A stretch of DNA of 64,000 bases. Origin: Candidatus Polarisedimenticolaceae bacterium (GTDB taxonomy: Bacteria > Acidobacteriota > Polarisedimenticolia > Polarisedimenticolales > Polarisedimenticolaceae). The position numbers and the translations under genes were made by a program. The notes under the pieces are model-generated. The model did not search any database. It was given only the letters and a program-made list of their open reading frames with translations, and was not told the DNA's origin. Below, piece by piece: positions 46,882 through 56,374 of the stretch (position 1 is the first letter of the stretch; each line of letters starts with the position of its first letter). The stretch lies in the NCBI GenBank assembly GCA_041629655.1, contig JBFKMV010000001.1, positions 8,075-72,074 of the forward strand. Reading direction: 5' to 3'.

Positions 46882-48450
46882 TCACTCCGGCCCGACGAGC
46901 GAGGCCAGGACCAAAGGTAGTGTCTCGAGCAGGTCGGACGCAATCAGCCCCTCCTGGCCGCGTTCGGCGGCCGCTCGGTCGCCCGCCGCGCCGTGGGCGT
47001 AGACGGCGAGCCGGGCCGCGTCCCAGGGTTTCAGGCCGCGCGCCAGCAGGCTGCCGACGATCCCGGTCAGCACGTCGCCGGTGCCGCCCGTGGCCATGCC
47101 GGGGTTCCCGCTCGAGTTCACCGCGACGCGGCCCGAGGGCGCCGCCACCACCGTGCGGTGCCCCTTGAGCACGACGACGGCCCGCGTCGCCCGGGCGAGC
47201 TTGCGCGCGGCGGCGATGCGATCGCGCTGGACGGCGCGGGTACCGCGATCGAGCAGCCGGGCGGCCTCGCCGGGGTGCGGGGTCAGCACCAGCGGGCGGC
47301 GGGTCGCGGCCAGTCGCTCGATCGCCCGGGCACCGCCGGCGGCGAACGCGTTGAGCCCGTCGGCGTCCACCACCGCCGCGACGGTGCCGCGCCGGACGAT
47401 CGCCATCACCGCCTGGCGCGTCTCCGCCGCGGTGCCGAGGCCGGGCCCGATCGCCAGAGCGTCGCGCGAGTCGATCAGCCGCAACGCCGGGGCGATCGAT
47501 TTGCGGCCGAGCGCCCCCGCCGTCGTCTCGGGCAGCGCCTCGACCATCATCTCGGCCTGCTGCGCGGCGACGATCGCCTGCGCGCCGGCCGGTGTCGCCA
47601 CCGTGACCAGGCCGATCCCGGACCGTAACGCCCCGCGCGCCAGCAGCACGGCGGCGCCGCTCTTGCCCCTCGAGCCGGCGACCGCCAGCAGGTGCCCGTA
47701 GCTGCCCTTGTGCGTGTCGGCGCCGCGGGGCCGCAACAGGCCGGCCAGATCGCCGGGCTCCGTCCATTCCACGCGCGGCCGCTCGGCGCGCACGGCCTCG
47801 TCCGGGATGTCGATCGGCACCACCGTGACGATTCCGGCGCGATCCACCGCCGGGCCGGAGACCAGCGCCAGCTTCGGGCGGCACAGGGTGTACGTCCGCT
47901 CGGCACGCAGCACCCCACCCTCGACCTTGCCGCTGTCGGCGTCGAGCCCGGAGGGCAGATCGACCGCGACCACCGTGGCGTCGCGTCCGGCGAGGTGCTC
48001 GATCACGGTGCGCGCCAGGCCGCGCGCCCCTCCCCGCACGCCGGTGCCCAGGATCGCGTCCACGATCACGGGATTGCCGGACCACCGCGCACGGGCCTCG
48101 CCCCAGGCCGACGCGTCGGGCACCTCCTGCACCGCGACGCCGGCCTGGCGGGCCGCATCCAGGTTGACCGCGGCATCTCCGGAGAGCTGCCCGGCCCGGG
48201 CCAGCAGCAACACCGCCGGTCGCAGCCCGCGCTCGTGCAGGTGGCGGGCCGCGACCAGGCCGTCGCCGCCGTTGTTGCCCTTGCCGCACAGCACCACGAC
48301 CCCGCGGCGTTCGAGGTCCGGATAGTGCTCGAGCAACCGCTCGGCGACGCCGCGTCCGGCCGCCTCCATCAGGCCGAGGCTCGGGATGCCGAGCGTCTCG
48401 ATGGCGCGGCGATCCACGTTGCGCATCTGTTCGGCGGTCAGCACTTCCAT
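46882..48450 (-). CDS. nnr: Bifunctional NAD(P)H-hydrate repair enzyme (epimerase + ADP-dependent dehydratase)
   Basis: The N-terminal YjeF_N domain has GKGNNGGDG. The C-terminal carbohydrate-kinase domain has GPGLG and GTGDVLTG. Confidence 0.9.
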   Translation of the reverse strand: MEVLTAEQMRNVDRRAIETLGIPSLGLMEAAGRGVAERLLEHYPDLERRGVVVLCGKGNNGGDGLVAARHLHERGLRPAVLLLARAGQLSGDAAVNLDAARQAGVAVQEVPDASAWGEARARWSGNPVIVDAILGTGVRGGARGLARTVIEHLAGRDATVVAVDLPSGLDADSGKVEGGVLRAERTYTLCRPKLALVSGPAVDRAGIVTVVPIDIPDEAVRAERPRVEWTEPGDLAGLLRPRGADTHKGSYGHLLAVAGSRGKSGAAVLLARGALRSGIGLVTVATPAGAQAIVAAQQAEMMVEALPETTAGALGRKSIAPALRLIDSRDALAIGPGLGTAAETRQAVMAIVRRGTVAAVVDADGLNAFAAGGARAIERLAATRRPLVLTPHPGEAARLLDRGTRAVQRDRIAAARKLARATRAVVVLKGHRTVVAAPSGRVAVNSSGNPGMATGGTGDVLTGIVGSLLARGLKPWDAARLAVYAHGAAGDRAAAERGQEGLIASDLLETLPLVLASLVGPE

Positions 48451-48485
48451 CGGAAAGCTCCGCGTCGCTTGCGGCCGGAGTGCGG

Positions 48486-48512
48486 ATTATGACATCGAAT
48501 CGGTGTCATAAT
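48486..48512. promoter_or_regulatory. Back-to-back divergent extended -10 elements forming a perfect 9-bp inverted repeat
   Basis: ATTATGACA-tcgaatcgg-TGTCATAAT. Each arm reads TGTCATAAT (TGn + CATAAT) facing outward, toward nnr/tsaE on the left and aroC on the right. It could alternatively be an operator. Confidence 0.4.
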
Positions 48513-48547
48513 CGTGAGGCAACCGGTCCCCGAACGAGGAGCTCGAG

Positions 48548-49726
48548 ATGCCGCTACGGTTCTTGACTGCGGGCGAGTCGCACGGCCCGGCGCTGACCGT
48601 GATCGTCGAGGGGCTGCCCGCCGGCATTCCCGTGGACCGGGAGCGCGTCGACCGCGAGCTGCGCCGACGGATGGGCGGCCACGGGCGGGGCGGGCGGATG
48701 AAGATCGAGCGGGACGCGGTGGAGATCCTGGGCGGGCTGCGCTTCGGCCGCACGCTGGGCTCGCCGGTCTCGCTGGTCATCCGGAACCGGGACTTCACCA
48801 ACTGGACCGAGGCGATGGACCCCGAACGGGCGCCGGACGACCCGGACCGCGCGCGCGTGGTCACGCGACCGCGCCCCGGGCACGCCGACCTGGCCGGGGC
48901 GCTCAAGTACGGGACCCACGATGCACGGGACATCCTCGAGCGATCGAGCGCGCGGGAAACCGCGGCGCGCACCGCCGCCGGCGCCCTGGCGCGCTGCCTG
49001 CTCGAGGCCTGCGGGATCGAGGTCACCAGCCGGACCCTGGCGGTGGGCGGCGTCAGCGCCCCGGAGGAGCCGGGCCAGGGCGAGTTCGACGCGTTGCTCG
49101 CGCTGCCCGACGACGCACCGATGCGCTGCACGGACCCCGAGCTGACCCGGGCGATGATCGAGGAGGTCGACCGGGCGCGCCAGGCGCGGGACAGCGTCGG
49201 GGGCGTGTTCGAGGTGCTGGCGCGCGGCGTGCCGCCGGGGCTCGGCAGCCACGTGCACTGGGATCGCCGGCTGGACGGCCGCCTGGGCGGCGCGCTGATG
49301 TCGATCCAGGCCGTCAAGGCGGTCAGCGTGGGGGAGGGCATCGAGGCCGTCGAGCGGTTCGGAAGCGTGCACCACGACCCGATCCACTACGACGCGCAGA
49401 CCCGCCGCTTCACCCGTCCCAGCAACCGCGCCGGGGGTGTCGAGGGCGGGATGTCCAACGGCGAGCCGGTCCGCGTCCGCGGCTTCCTCAAGCCGCTGGC
49501 CACGCTGCCGAAGCCGCTGCCTTCCACGGACCTGGTGGACAAGGCGCCGTTCGAGGCCACGCGCGAGCGGACGGACACCATTCCGATCGTGGCGGCGGGC
49601 GTCGTCGGCGAGGCGATGGTCGCGCTGGTGCTCGCGGACGAGTTGTTGATCAAGTTCGGGGGCGACCGGCTGGAGGAGACGCTGCGCAACCTGCGCGGCT
49701 ACCTGGAGGCCCTGCGCGGGTTCTGA
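48548..49726 (+). CDS. aroC: Chorismate synthase
   Basis: FLTAGESHGPAL, RPGHAD and SARETAARTAAG. Confidence 0.95.
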   Translation: MPLRFLTAGESHGPALTVIVEGLPAGIPVDRERVDRELRRRMGGHGRGGRMKIERDAVEILGGLRFGRTLGSPVSLVIRNRDFTNWTEAMDPERAPDDPDRARVVTRPRPGHADLAGALKYGTHDARDILERSSARETAARTAAGALARCLLEACGIEVTSRTLAVGGVSAPEEPGQGEFDALLALPDDAPMRCTDPELTRAMIEEVDRARQARDSVGGVFEVLARGVPPGLGSHVHWDRRLDGRLGGALMSIQAVKAVSVGEGIEAVERFGSVHHDPIHYDAQTRRFTRPSNRAGGVEGGMSNGEPVRVRGFLKPLATLPKPLPSTDLVDKAPFEATRERTDTIPIVAAGVVGEAMVALVLADELLIKFGGDRLEETLRNLRGYLEALRGF

Positions 49727-49755
49727 GACGGGGCGGGGCGCGCCGTCGTCGGTGC

Positions 49756-49789
49756 AAAAAAAACCGGGGCGGTGGCAAGCCACCGCCCC
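49756..49789 (-). terminator. Intrinsic terminator (minus strand)
   Basis: The minus strand reads GGGGCGGUGG-CUUG-CCACCGCCCC-GG-UUUUUUUU. On the plus strand there is no U-tract after the hairpin. Confidence 0.65.
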
Positions 49790-50283
49790 CTCCGGCCTCC
49801 GGTTACTCTCGCGAGCGAGAGGTGGGCAACCGGCCGCCGATGGAGCCGCCCGATCGCCCGAATTGTTTCCCCCCCGGTCATCGGGCGTTCGTGCGGTTCC
49901 CGAAAACATGGAACCCCTGTCGGGGTGACCCGGAATCTACGACGGGCGCGAAGAGGTGTAAAGCTTGGAGACAGGACGAAAAAAGACTTTTCGAGGACCG
50001 ATCGTGTCAGGCCTCGGGCCCTGGTCGCTCTCCCCGGTGAAAAACCACCCAAGCACGGGTCAAGACTCCAGCGGTGGGCTGATTGAGAACCCCGACCACC
50101 GAGGTGGCCCGGGTGTAAGGAGGGAGGAACCGATCCTCGCGGACCGGTTCGGAAGCATCGAGGTCGGGTCGCAATCCGCCGGGGAGAGCGAGCAGGGCCC
50201 GAAACGATGGCTGGCCTGGATTCAAATTCCCCCTCATCTCGAACGAGCCCGGACATACCGGGCGCTGTTGTCCGTGCCTGGCC
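49756..50283 (-). ncRNA. Large (about 530 nt) highly structured RNA candidate of unknown class
   Basis: It is bounded by a TTGACA-N18-TAGGGT promoter and an intrinsic terminator. The only ORFs across it are the 76-aa ORF 50007-50237 and the long antisense ORF 49699-51063, neither with a recognisable signature, and GC content is locally lower. A 22-bp long-range helix (50179-50200 with 50016-50037, one mismatch) is extended by a 6-bp outer helix. Several hairpins have GNRA loops, and one has a G-U pair, only when read on the minus strand. Confidence 0.4.
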
Positions 50284-50288
50284 GAGAC

Positions 50289-50318
50289 ACCCTACCCCCG
50301 GTCCAGAAGGATTGTCAA
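50289..50318 (-). promoter_or_regulatory. Sigma-70 promoter candidate for the large RNA
   Basis: Minus strand TTGACA (50318-50313), an 18-nt spacer, then TAGGGT (50294-50289). Confidence 0.4.
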
Positions 50319-50392
50319 GGGCAAAGTACAATATGTCGGCGCCGCTATGTCGGCGGCCCCAGGATGTAGTGGTGCCGTCCCGGAAGGTCGAT

Positions 50393-51724
50393 ATGGGCTC
50401 CGCGACGCTGGAAATCACCGCGCTGGCCGCCGGGGGACGGGGGGTGGCCCGGCGCGAGGGCCGCGTCTGGCTGGTCGAGGGCGGTCTCCCGGGAGACCGC
50501 CTGGTCGCCGAGCCGGTCCGGCAGCGCCCGCGGCTGGTCGAGGCCCGCGCGACGCGGGTGCTCCGGCCGGGCCCCGAGCGGCGAGACCCGCCGTGCCCGG
50601 TCCAGGAGCGCTGCGGGGGATGCCCGTGGATGCCGCTCGCGGAGCCCGCGCAGCGGACCTGGAAGCGGCGCCTGGTCGAGGACGCCCTGGCGCGCATCGG
50701 CGGCCTGAAGGGAGTGCCCGTGGAGCAGCCCGTGCCGTCCCCGCACCCTTTCGCGTACCGCAACAAGGTCGAATTCTCGCTCGGTCGCGACGAGTCCGGC
50801 CGCCGGGTGCTCGGGCTGCACGGCCGGCCGTCGGGGATCGTGGACGTGCCGTCCTGCGCGGTCCAGCACGCTTCGGCCGACGCGGTGCTGGCGAGCTGCC
50901 GCGAATTGCTGTCGGGCCCGGACGCGCCGCGCGACCCCTGGCTCGACGACCCCCGCGTCGAGCCCCGGATCGTGATCCGCAGGTCCGAGACCACGGGAGA
51001 GCTGCTGGTGGCGTTCCGGGGTGGCCTCGAGCCGTTCCCCGCCGCGCGAGCGATCGCGCGCACCCTGACGGCGCGTCACCCGGAGCTGGTCGGCGTGGTG
51101 CGGCTGGTGGCTTCCGCCGGCCGCCGGGGCGGGACGCGCACGCGGCGCCTGGCGGGACGCGGGTGGCTCGCCGAGACGCTCGGTGGCACCGCGTTCCGAT
51201 TGCCGGCGGCGACGTTCTTCCAGATCAACACCCGGGCCGCCGAGCGACTGGTGGAGCTGGTCCGCGAACTGGCGGGGCCCGTGACCGGCCGGCGCGTGCT
51301 CGACCTGTACGCGGGCGTCGGGGTGTTCGGCCTGGCGCTGGCCCGCACCGGCGCCCGGGTGCGACTCTGCGAGGCCGACGCCGACGCGCTGCGCTGCGCC
51401 GCGCGCGCCGCCACGGACGCCGGGCTCGAGGTCGAGCTGCTGCGGGCGGACGTGGGGGAGTTCCTCCGCCGCGACGAGGGCGGAAAAGCCCCGGAGCTGC
51501 TGCTCGCCAACCCTCCGCGCACCGGGTTCGGGCGCGGCGTGGGCACCGCGGTGGCGCGCCTCGCCGCGCGCCGGATCGTGATCGTGTCGTGTGACCCGGC
51601 GACGCTGGCGCGAGACCTGGGACGACTGGTCGGACGCGGCTACGCGGTGCGGCGGGTGGTCCCGGTCGACCTGTTTCCACAGACGCCGCACGTCGAGACC
51701 GTGGTGCGGCTCGACCGCGCCTGA
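50393..51724 (+). CDS. TRAM/RumA-type 23S rRNA (uracil-5)-methyltransferase family protein
   Basis: A TRAM-like N-terminus, an Fe-S Cys cluster CPVQERCGGCPWM, a SAM motif VLDLYAGVGVFG, and NPPRTG with the catalytic SCDP. Confidence 0.8.
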   Translation: MGSATLEITALAAGGRGVARREGRVWLVEGGLPGDRLVAEPVRQRPRLVEARATRVLRPGPERRDPPCPVQERCGGCPWMPLAEPAQRTWKRRLVEDALARIGGLKGVPVEQPVPSPHPFAYRNKVEFSLGRDESGRRVLGLHGRPSGIVDVPSCAVQHASADAVLASCRELLSGPDAPRDPWLDDPRVEPRIVIRRSETTGELLVAFRGGLEPFPAARAIARTLTARHPELVGVVRLVASAGRRGGTRTRRLAGRGWLAETLGGTAFRLPAATFFQINTRAAERLVELVRELAGPVTGRRVLDLYAGVGVFGLALARTGARVRLCEADADALRCAARAATDAGLEVELLRADVGEFLRRDEGGKAPELLLANPPRTGFGRGVGTAVARLAARRIVIVSCDPATLARDLGRLVGRGYAVRRVVPVDLFPQTPHVETVVRLDRA

Positions 51725-51731
51725 GGAGCCC

Positions 51732-52796
51732 TCAGGGCAGCGGCCCGCCGGCCACCGCCGCGAGCAGGCTCTCCGTGGCGAGGGTGCGGTTGATGTTGAA
51801 CCGCAGGTCGCTTCGGATCCGCTCGATCGAGCGGACGACGGCGGCGGCCCGCGCGGCGCCGAGCGCGCGGCCGATGCCGTCGAGCCGCTCCGCCAGCTCG
51901 GGATCGATCGCCGAGTCGCCGGGCAACCCGCAGGCGACCCGCGCGGCGTCGCGCAACGCCTCCTCGACCAGGTCGAGCCCTTCCAGGAAGTCTGCCTCGG
52001 TCTTGCCGCTGACGGGAGCCACCAGATCGGACAGCCGCGCCAGGGCCAGCGGGGAGCGCGCCAGCCGCTCCAGCCCCTGGACGATCTCCGCGCGGCGCTC
52101 GCGCAACGCCTCGACGTCCAGGCTCAGCGCGCGGCCCGGCCGTCCGCCGGACAGGCTGGCCCGGGCCACCGCCTCGCCGCGCGACATCCCGCGTGCCTCG
52201 AGCTCGCGCGCCAGCTCCACCGCGGGCAGCGGCCCGAGCCGCACCGCGTAGCAGCGCGAGCGCACGGTGGGCAGCAGCAGGTGCGGCCGGGCCGCCAGCA
52301 GCATCAGGAACGTCCGGCCCGGGGGCTCCTCCAGCGTCTTGAGCAGCGCGTTCTGCGCCGCCAGGTTCATCCGGTCGGCGGGGTCGACCAGGAACACGCG
52401 GCACGAGGCCTGCCGCGGCGTGAAGCCCGCATGCTCGATCAGCGCGCGGATCTGCACCACCCGGATCTGCGTGCTGAGCTCCTTGTTGCTCAGCGCCTCG
52501 AGCTCCTGCTCCTCCGACAGGTCGCCCATCGGGACCGGCGGCTTGTCGATCTTGCGCGAGACCCGGCGCACCACCAGCAGGTCCGGGTGCGCGTGGTTCT
52601 CGACGAGTTTCCGCGCCACGGCCGGGTCGTCCGCGTCCCGGCACAACAGCTCGGTGGCCAGCGCGCGGGCCAGCGTGCGCTTGCCCACCCCGTGCGGTCC
52701 CTGGAACAGCAGCGCGTGGTGCAGCCGGCCCCGCTCCAGCGAGCGCCCGAGCTGCTCCACCGCGCGACGGTGGCCGATGAGGCCCTCGAAGCTCAC
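51732..52796 (-). CDS. holB: DNA polymerase III delta-prime subunit
   Basis: HALLFQGPHGVGKRTLA and LKTLEEPP. The GTG start overlaps the tmk stop. Confidence 0.85.
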   Translation of the reverse strand: MSFEGLIGHRRAVEQLGRSLERGRLHHALLFQGPHGVGKRTLARALATELLCRDADDPAVARKLVENHAHPDLLVVRRVSRKIDKPPVPMGDLSEEQELEALSNKELSTQIRVVQIRALIEHAGFTPRQASCRVFLVDPADRMNLAAQNALLKTLEEPPGRTFLMLLAARPHLLLPTVRSRCYAVRLGPLPAVELARELEARGMSRGEAVARASLSGGRPGRALSLDVEALRERRAEIVQGLERLARSPLALARLSDLVAPVSGKTEADFLEGLDLVEEALRDAARVACGLPGDSAIDPELAERLDGIGRALGAARAAAVVRSIERIRSDLRFNINRTLATESLLAAVAGGPLP

Positions 52797-53491
52797 GGCC
52801 CCGCGTCCCCGCCCAGCGCCGGCAGCAGGTCCGCCAGGGCCTCGGTGACGCGGCCGGCCACGGCGTCCTCGGACCCGCCCGACTCGACGACCCGGAAGCG
52901 CTGCGGCTCGCGGCGCGCCAGCGTGAGATAACCCTCGCGCACCCGGCGGTGGAACGACAGCGGCTCGGCCTCGAAACGGCCCTCGGCGTCAACGGTGCCG
53001 CGCTCGCGGTTCCGCTCGCGGGCGCGGCGGAGCGCGTCCGCCGGCTCGAGATCGAACAGCACGGTCCGGTCGGGCCGCAGGTCCAGCGGGGGATCGGCGT
53101 GCAGCCGCTCGATCAGCGCCGGATCGAGACCCCGGGCGTACCCCTGGTAGGCCAGCGTGGCGTCCAGGTAGCGGTCGCACAGCACCACCGAGCCGGCGCG
53201 CAGCGCCGGGATCACGACCTGCTCCAGGTGCTGCGCGCGGTCGGCGACGTAGAGCAGCAGCTCGGCCAACGGCGTCGGCCCGTGGCCCGTGCGCGCCAGC
53301 AACAGCGAGCGTAGCCGCTCGCCGAGCGGCGTCCCCCCGGGCTCCTGGGTCACGACCGGCGGGGCCCCGGCCCGGCGCAGCGCCGACGCGATCCGGCGCA
53401 GCTGCGTGGTCTTGCCCGAGCCCTCGATGCCCTCGAAGGTCAAGAACAGCCCGCCCCCGGACCGCCGGCCGGGATCCCGCGGCGCGTTCAT
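52793..53491 (-). CDS. tmk: Thymidylate kinase
   Basis: FLTFEGIEGSGKTTQ and DRY motifs. Confidence 0.9.
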   Translation of the reverse strand: MNAPRDPGRRSGGGLFLTFEGIEGSGKTTQLRRIASALRRAGAPPVVTQEPGGTPLGERLRSLLLARTGHGPTPLAELLLYVADRAQHLEQVVIPALRAGSVVLCDRYLDATLAYQGYARGLDPALIERLHADPPLDLRPDRTVLFDLEPADALRRARERNRERGTVDAEGRFEAEPLSFHRRVREGYLTLARREPQRFRVVESGGSEDAVAGRVTEALADLLPALGGDAGP

Positions 53492-54429
53492 CCGGCGCGG
53501 ATCGGCTGGTTGTGGAAGAACGCCGTCGCCGCCGCGATGTCGCGCGCGATCTGATCGGCGAGCTCTCCGATGCCGTTGAACTTCATCTCGTCGCGCAGGC
53601 GGCCGAGGAACCGCACCGCGATCCGTTTCCGCAGCAGGTTGCCCTCGAAGTCCAGCAGATGGGTCTCGACGGTCAGCGCGTCGCGGCCGAAGGTCGGCCG
53701 CACGCCGACGTTGGTCACCGAGGCGTGGCGGGCGCCGAGCACCGTCGTCTCGGTGATGTACACGCCGCCACCCGGAAGCAGCTCGTTGTCCACGGCGAGG
53801 TTGGCCGTCGGGCAGCGCAGCTCGCGACCCCGTCCGTCGCCCCGGACCACCTCGCCGGTCAGCTCGAACGGCCGCCCGAGCAAAAGCTGCGCCCGCTCCA
53901 CGTCGCCGTCGCTCACGGCCGCACGGACCCGCGAGGAGGAGACCGGCTCACCGTCCACCAGCTCCGGCGCGACCGCGTCGACGTCGAAGCCCAGCTCGCG
54001 CCCGATGCGCTGCAGCAGCGGCAGATCGCCGCTCCGCCCGTGCCCGAAGCGGAAGTTCTCGCCGACCCGCAGCTCGGCCAGCGCCACGCCGCGGCGCCCG
54101 AGCTCGCCAAAGAACTCCTCGCCGGACAGCGCGGCCAGCCGGGCGTCGAAGGGCAGGATCAACACCGCGTCCAGGCCGAGCGCTTCCAGGTGGTCGAGCT
54201 TCTGGCCGCGCGTCATCAACAGCGGTGGCCGGCGCTCCGGGGCGACGATCGCCAGCGGGTGCGGCTCGAAGGTGATCAGCAGCGACCGCAGCGCCCGATC
54301 CCGCGAGCGCTCGAGCACGCCACGGAGGATCTTCTGATGGCCGCGATGGACCCCGTCGTAGTTGCCCACCGTCGCGACCACCGGGCGCGCTTGTCCGGGA
54401 TACGTGCCGAGTCCGTTGTAGACGTGCAT
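53488..54429 (-). CDS. ribF: Bifunctional riboflavin kinase / FAD synthetase
   Basis: VGNYDGVHRGHQ, GENFRFG, PTANL and E..LLDF motifs. Confidence 0.9.
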   Translation of the reverse strand: MHVYNGLGTYPGQARPVVATVGNYDGVHRGHQKILRGVLERSRDRALRSLLITFEPHPLAIVAPERRPPLLMTRGQKLDHLEALGLDAVLILPFDARLAALSGEEFFGELGRRGVALAELRVGENFRFGHGRSGDLPLLQRIGRELGFDVDAVAPELVDGEPVSSSRVRAAVSDGDVERAQLLLGRPFELTGEVVRGDGRGRELRCPTANLAVDNELLPGGGVYITETTVLGARHASVTNVGVRPTFGRDALTVETHLLDFEGNLLRKRIAVRFLGRLRDEMKFNGIGELADQIARDIAAATAFFHNQPIRAG

Positions 54430-54438
54430 CCGGTTTCC

Positions 54439-54933
54439 TCAGGCCGGAAGCAGGCCGAGCGCGAGCAGCAGCAGCAGCAGCAGGCCCGCATACGCTCCGG
54501 CCACGAGGTCGTCGGCCATGATACCCGACCCCCCGGGCAGCGCCTCGAGTCGCCGCGCCGGAAACGGTTTCGTGATGTCGAACACGCGGAACAGCAAGAA
54601 GGCGAGCGCCAGCACGGTCAGGTCGCCGGGCACGATCGCGATCGCGACCAGCTGACCGGCGACCTCGTCGATCACCACCGCCCCGGGATCCCGCGCCCCG
54701 AGCTGCCGCGCGGCCTCGCCGGCGGACCAGAACCCGATTGCGGTGCAGACCAGGCAGGCCGCGATCAGCGCCGGCCGGCCGGCGGGCAGCAGCGCCCAGC
54801 CGATCGCGACGCCGGCCAGCGACCCGAACGTTCCCGGAGCGACCGGGGCCCGGCCGATGCCGAAGCACGTCCCGATCGAGAGCTTCAGCCGCGCCAGGCC
54901 GCGGGCCGCCTCAGGCGGGGCCAAGGATCCCAC
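54439..54933 (-). CDS. pgpA: Phosphatidylglycerophosphatase A
   Basis: GIGRAPVAPGTFGSL, FRVFDITKPFP and MADDLVAG. The start overlaps the rimO 3' end by 23 nt. Confidence 0.8.
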   Translation of the reverse strand: MGSLAPPEAARGLARLKLSIGTCFGIGRAPVAPGTFGSLAGVAIGWALLPAGRPALIAACLVCTAIGFWSAGEAARQLGARDPGAVVIDEVAGQLVAIAIVPGDLTVLALAFLLFRVFDITKPFPARRLEALPGGSGIMADDLVAGAYAGLLLLLLLALGLLPA

Positions 54934-56374
54934 CCACCAGGTCGTAGCCCGCGGTATCGGTCAGCTCCACGCGCACGAACCGGCCGGGCTCCGCGACCCC
55001 GTCGTTGATCAGCACCTGGCCGTCCACGTCGAGCGCCTGGGTGCTCATGCGCCCCACCAGCAGGTGCTCGGTCTCGGGGTGCGGTCCCTCGACCAGCACC
55101 TCGACCTCGCGGCCGATCAGCGCGGCGTTGCGCTCCCGCACGATGCGTTGCTGGGACTCCATCAGCGCAGCGTGCCGTTGCCGCTTGACCTCCGCCGGAA
55201 CGTCGTCGGCGAGGTCGAAGGCGTGGGTCCGCTCCTCGTGCGAGTACGTGAACACCCCGAGGTGGTCGAAGCGCGCGGCCTCGACGAAATCGACCAGCGC
55301 GCGGAACTCCCGCTCGGTCTCACCGGGGAACCCGACGATCAGCGTCGAGCGCATCGCGACCCCGGGCATCGCGTCGCGGAAGCGCCGGAGCAGCTCGAGG
55401 TGCGACTCGGCGGAGCCGCCGCGCCGCATCCGCCGCAGCGTGTCGGGGTGCGCGTGCTGGAGCGGCAGGTCGACGTACTTGACCACGCGCGGCAGGCGGG
55501 CCATCGCATCGATCAACGACGCCGTGACCGTGTTCGGGTACAGGTAGTGCAGGCGGATCCAGCGCAGGCCCTCGATCTCGTCGAGTCCGGCCAGCAGCCT
55601 GGCCGGCCCGTCGGCCAAGCCGAGGTCGCGTCCGAAGTGGCTCGAGTCCTGGGCGATCAGGTTGATCTCGCGCACGCCGGAGCGGACCAGCGCCGCGGCC
55701 TCGCGCAGGATGCTGCCGAGGCGGCGCGAGCGGAACTTCCCGCGGAAGCTCGGGATGGCGCAGAACGCGCAGGTGTGGTCGCAGCCCTCGGCGATCTTGA
55801 TGTAGGCCGACCAGGGAGGCGTGGCCAGCCGGCGCGGGGCGCGATCGTCGTACAGGTAGGTCGAGGCGCCCCACGGGGGGCTGGTCGAGGCCACGGCCGC
55901 GGGGGCCACGCGGCGCGCGGCCCCGGGCCGGGCCGGCAGCACGACCAGGCCGCCCGCCGGCGTCGCGGCGCCGGGGGGCGTCTCCCGCGCCGCGTCCAGG
56001 CCGACGCCGCTGACGATCGCGTGCAACTCGTCCAGTCCGATGAACGCGTCGACCTCGGGCAGGTCGGCGCGCAGCTCCGCCGGATAACGCTGGACCATGC
56101 AGCCGGCGACGACGAGCCGCTTCAGCCGGCCCTCGCGCTTCAGCTCCGCCGCCTCCAGGATCGTCTGGATCGACTCCTCGCGCGCCGCCTCGATGAACGA
56201 GCAGGTGTTGACGACGATCACGTCGGCCTCGGCCGGGTCGCGCACGAAGGTCGCGCCGGCGCGGTCCAGGTGACCCATCATCACCTCGCTGTCGACCAGG
56301 TTCTTGGCGCAGCCGAGACTGATCACCCCGACGCGCACCCGGGTTCCGCGGGCCGGCGGCGCGGCGGTGGTCAT
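54911..56374 (-). CDS. rimO: Ribosomal protein S12 methylthiotransferase RimO
   Basis: VISLGCAKN and NTCSF (N-terminal cluster), [10 protein letters not shown] (radical SAM) and a TRAM C-terminus. The ATG overlaps the asnS stop (ATGA). A Pro/Ala-rich insert of about 45 residues separates the N-terminal and radical-SAM domains. Confidence 0.85.
   Translation of the reverse strand: MTTAAPPARGTRVRVGVISLGCAKNLVDSEVMMGHLDRAGATFVRDPAEADVIVVNTCSFIEAAREESIQTILEAAELKREGRLKRLVVAGCMVQRYPAELRADLPEVDAFIGLDELHAIVSGVGLDAARETPPGAATPAGGLVVLPARPGAARRVAPAAVASTSPPWGASTYLYDDRAPRRLATPPWSAYIKIAEGCDHTCAFCAIPSFRGKFRSRRLGSILREAAALVRSGVREINLIAQDSSHFGRDLGLADGPARLLAGLDEIEGLRWIRLHYLYPNTVTASLIDAMARLPRVVKYVDLPLQHAHPDTLRRMRRGGSAESHLELLRRFRDAMPGVAMRSTLIVGFPGETEREFRALVDFVEAARFDHLGVFTYSHEERTHAFDLADDVPAEVKRQRHAALMESQQRIVRERNAALIGREVEVLVEGPHPETEHLLVGRMSTQALDVDGQVLINDGVAEPGRFVRVELTDTAGYDLVGGILGPA

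Noticed and set aside
49756-50283. tmRNA (ssrA), RNase P RNA (rnpB) or SRP RNA as the identity of the large intergenic RNA
   Set aside because: Neither strand has a GGUUCGAAUCC-type T-arm or a CCA-proximal acceptor. No tag-like ORF ends in ...AA-stop. The RNase P CR-I/CR-V sequences are absent; the look-alike AUGUCCGGGCUC sits in a local CCGG hairpin. No SRP GGAA/AGCA domain IV is present. A 5'-tmRNA-like string on the plus strand (GGCUGGCCUGGAUUCAAAUUCC) has no matching 3' half before the rlmD-like ORF.
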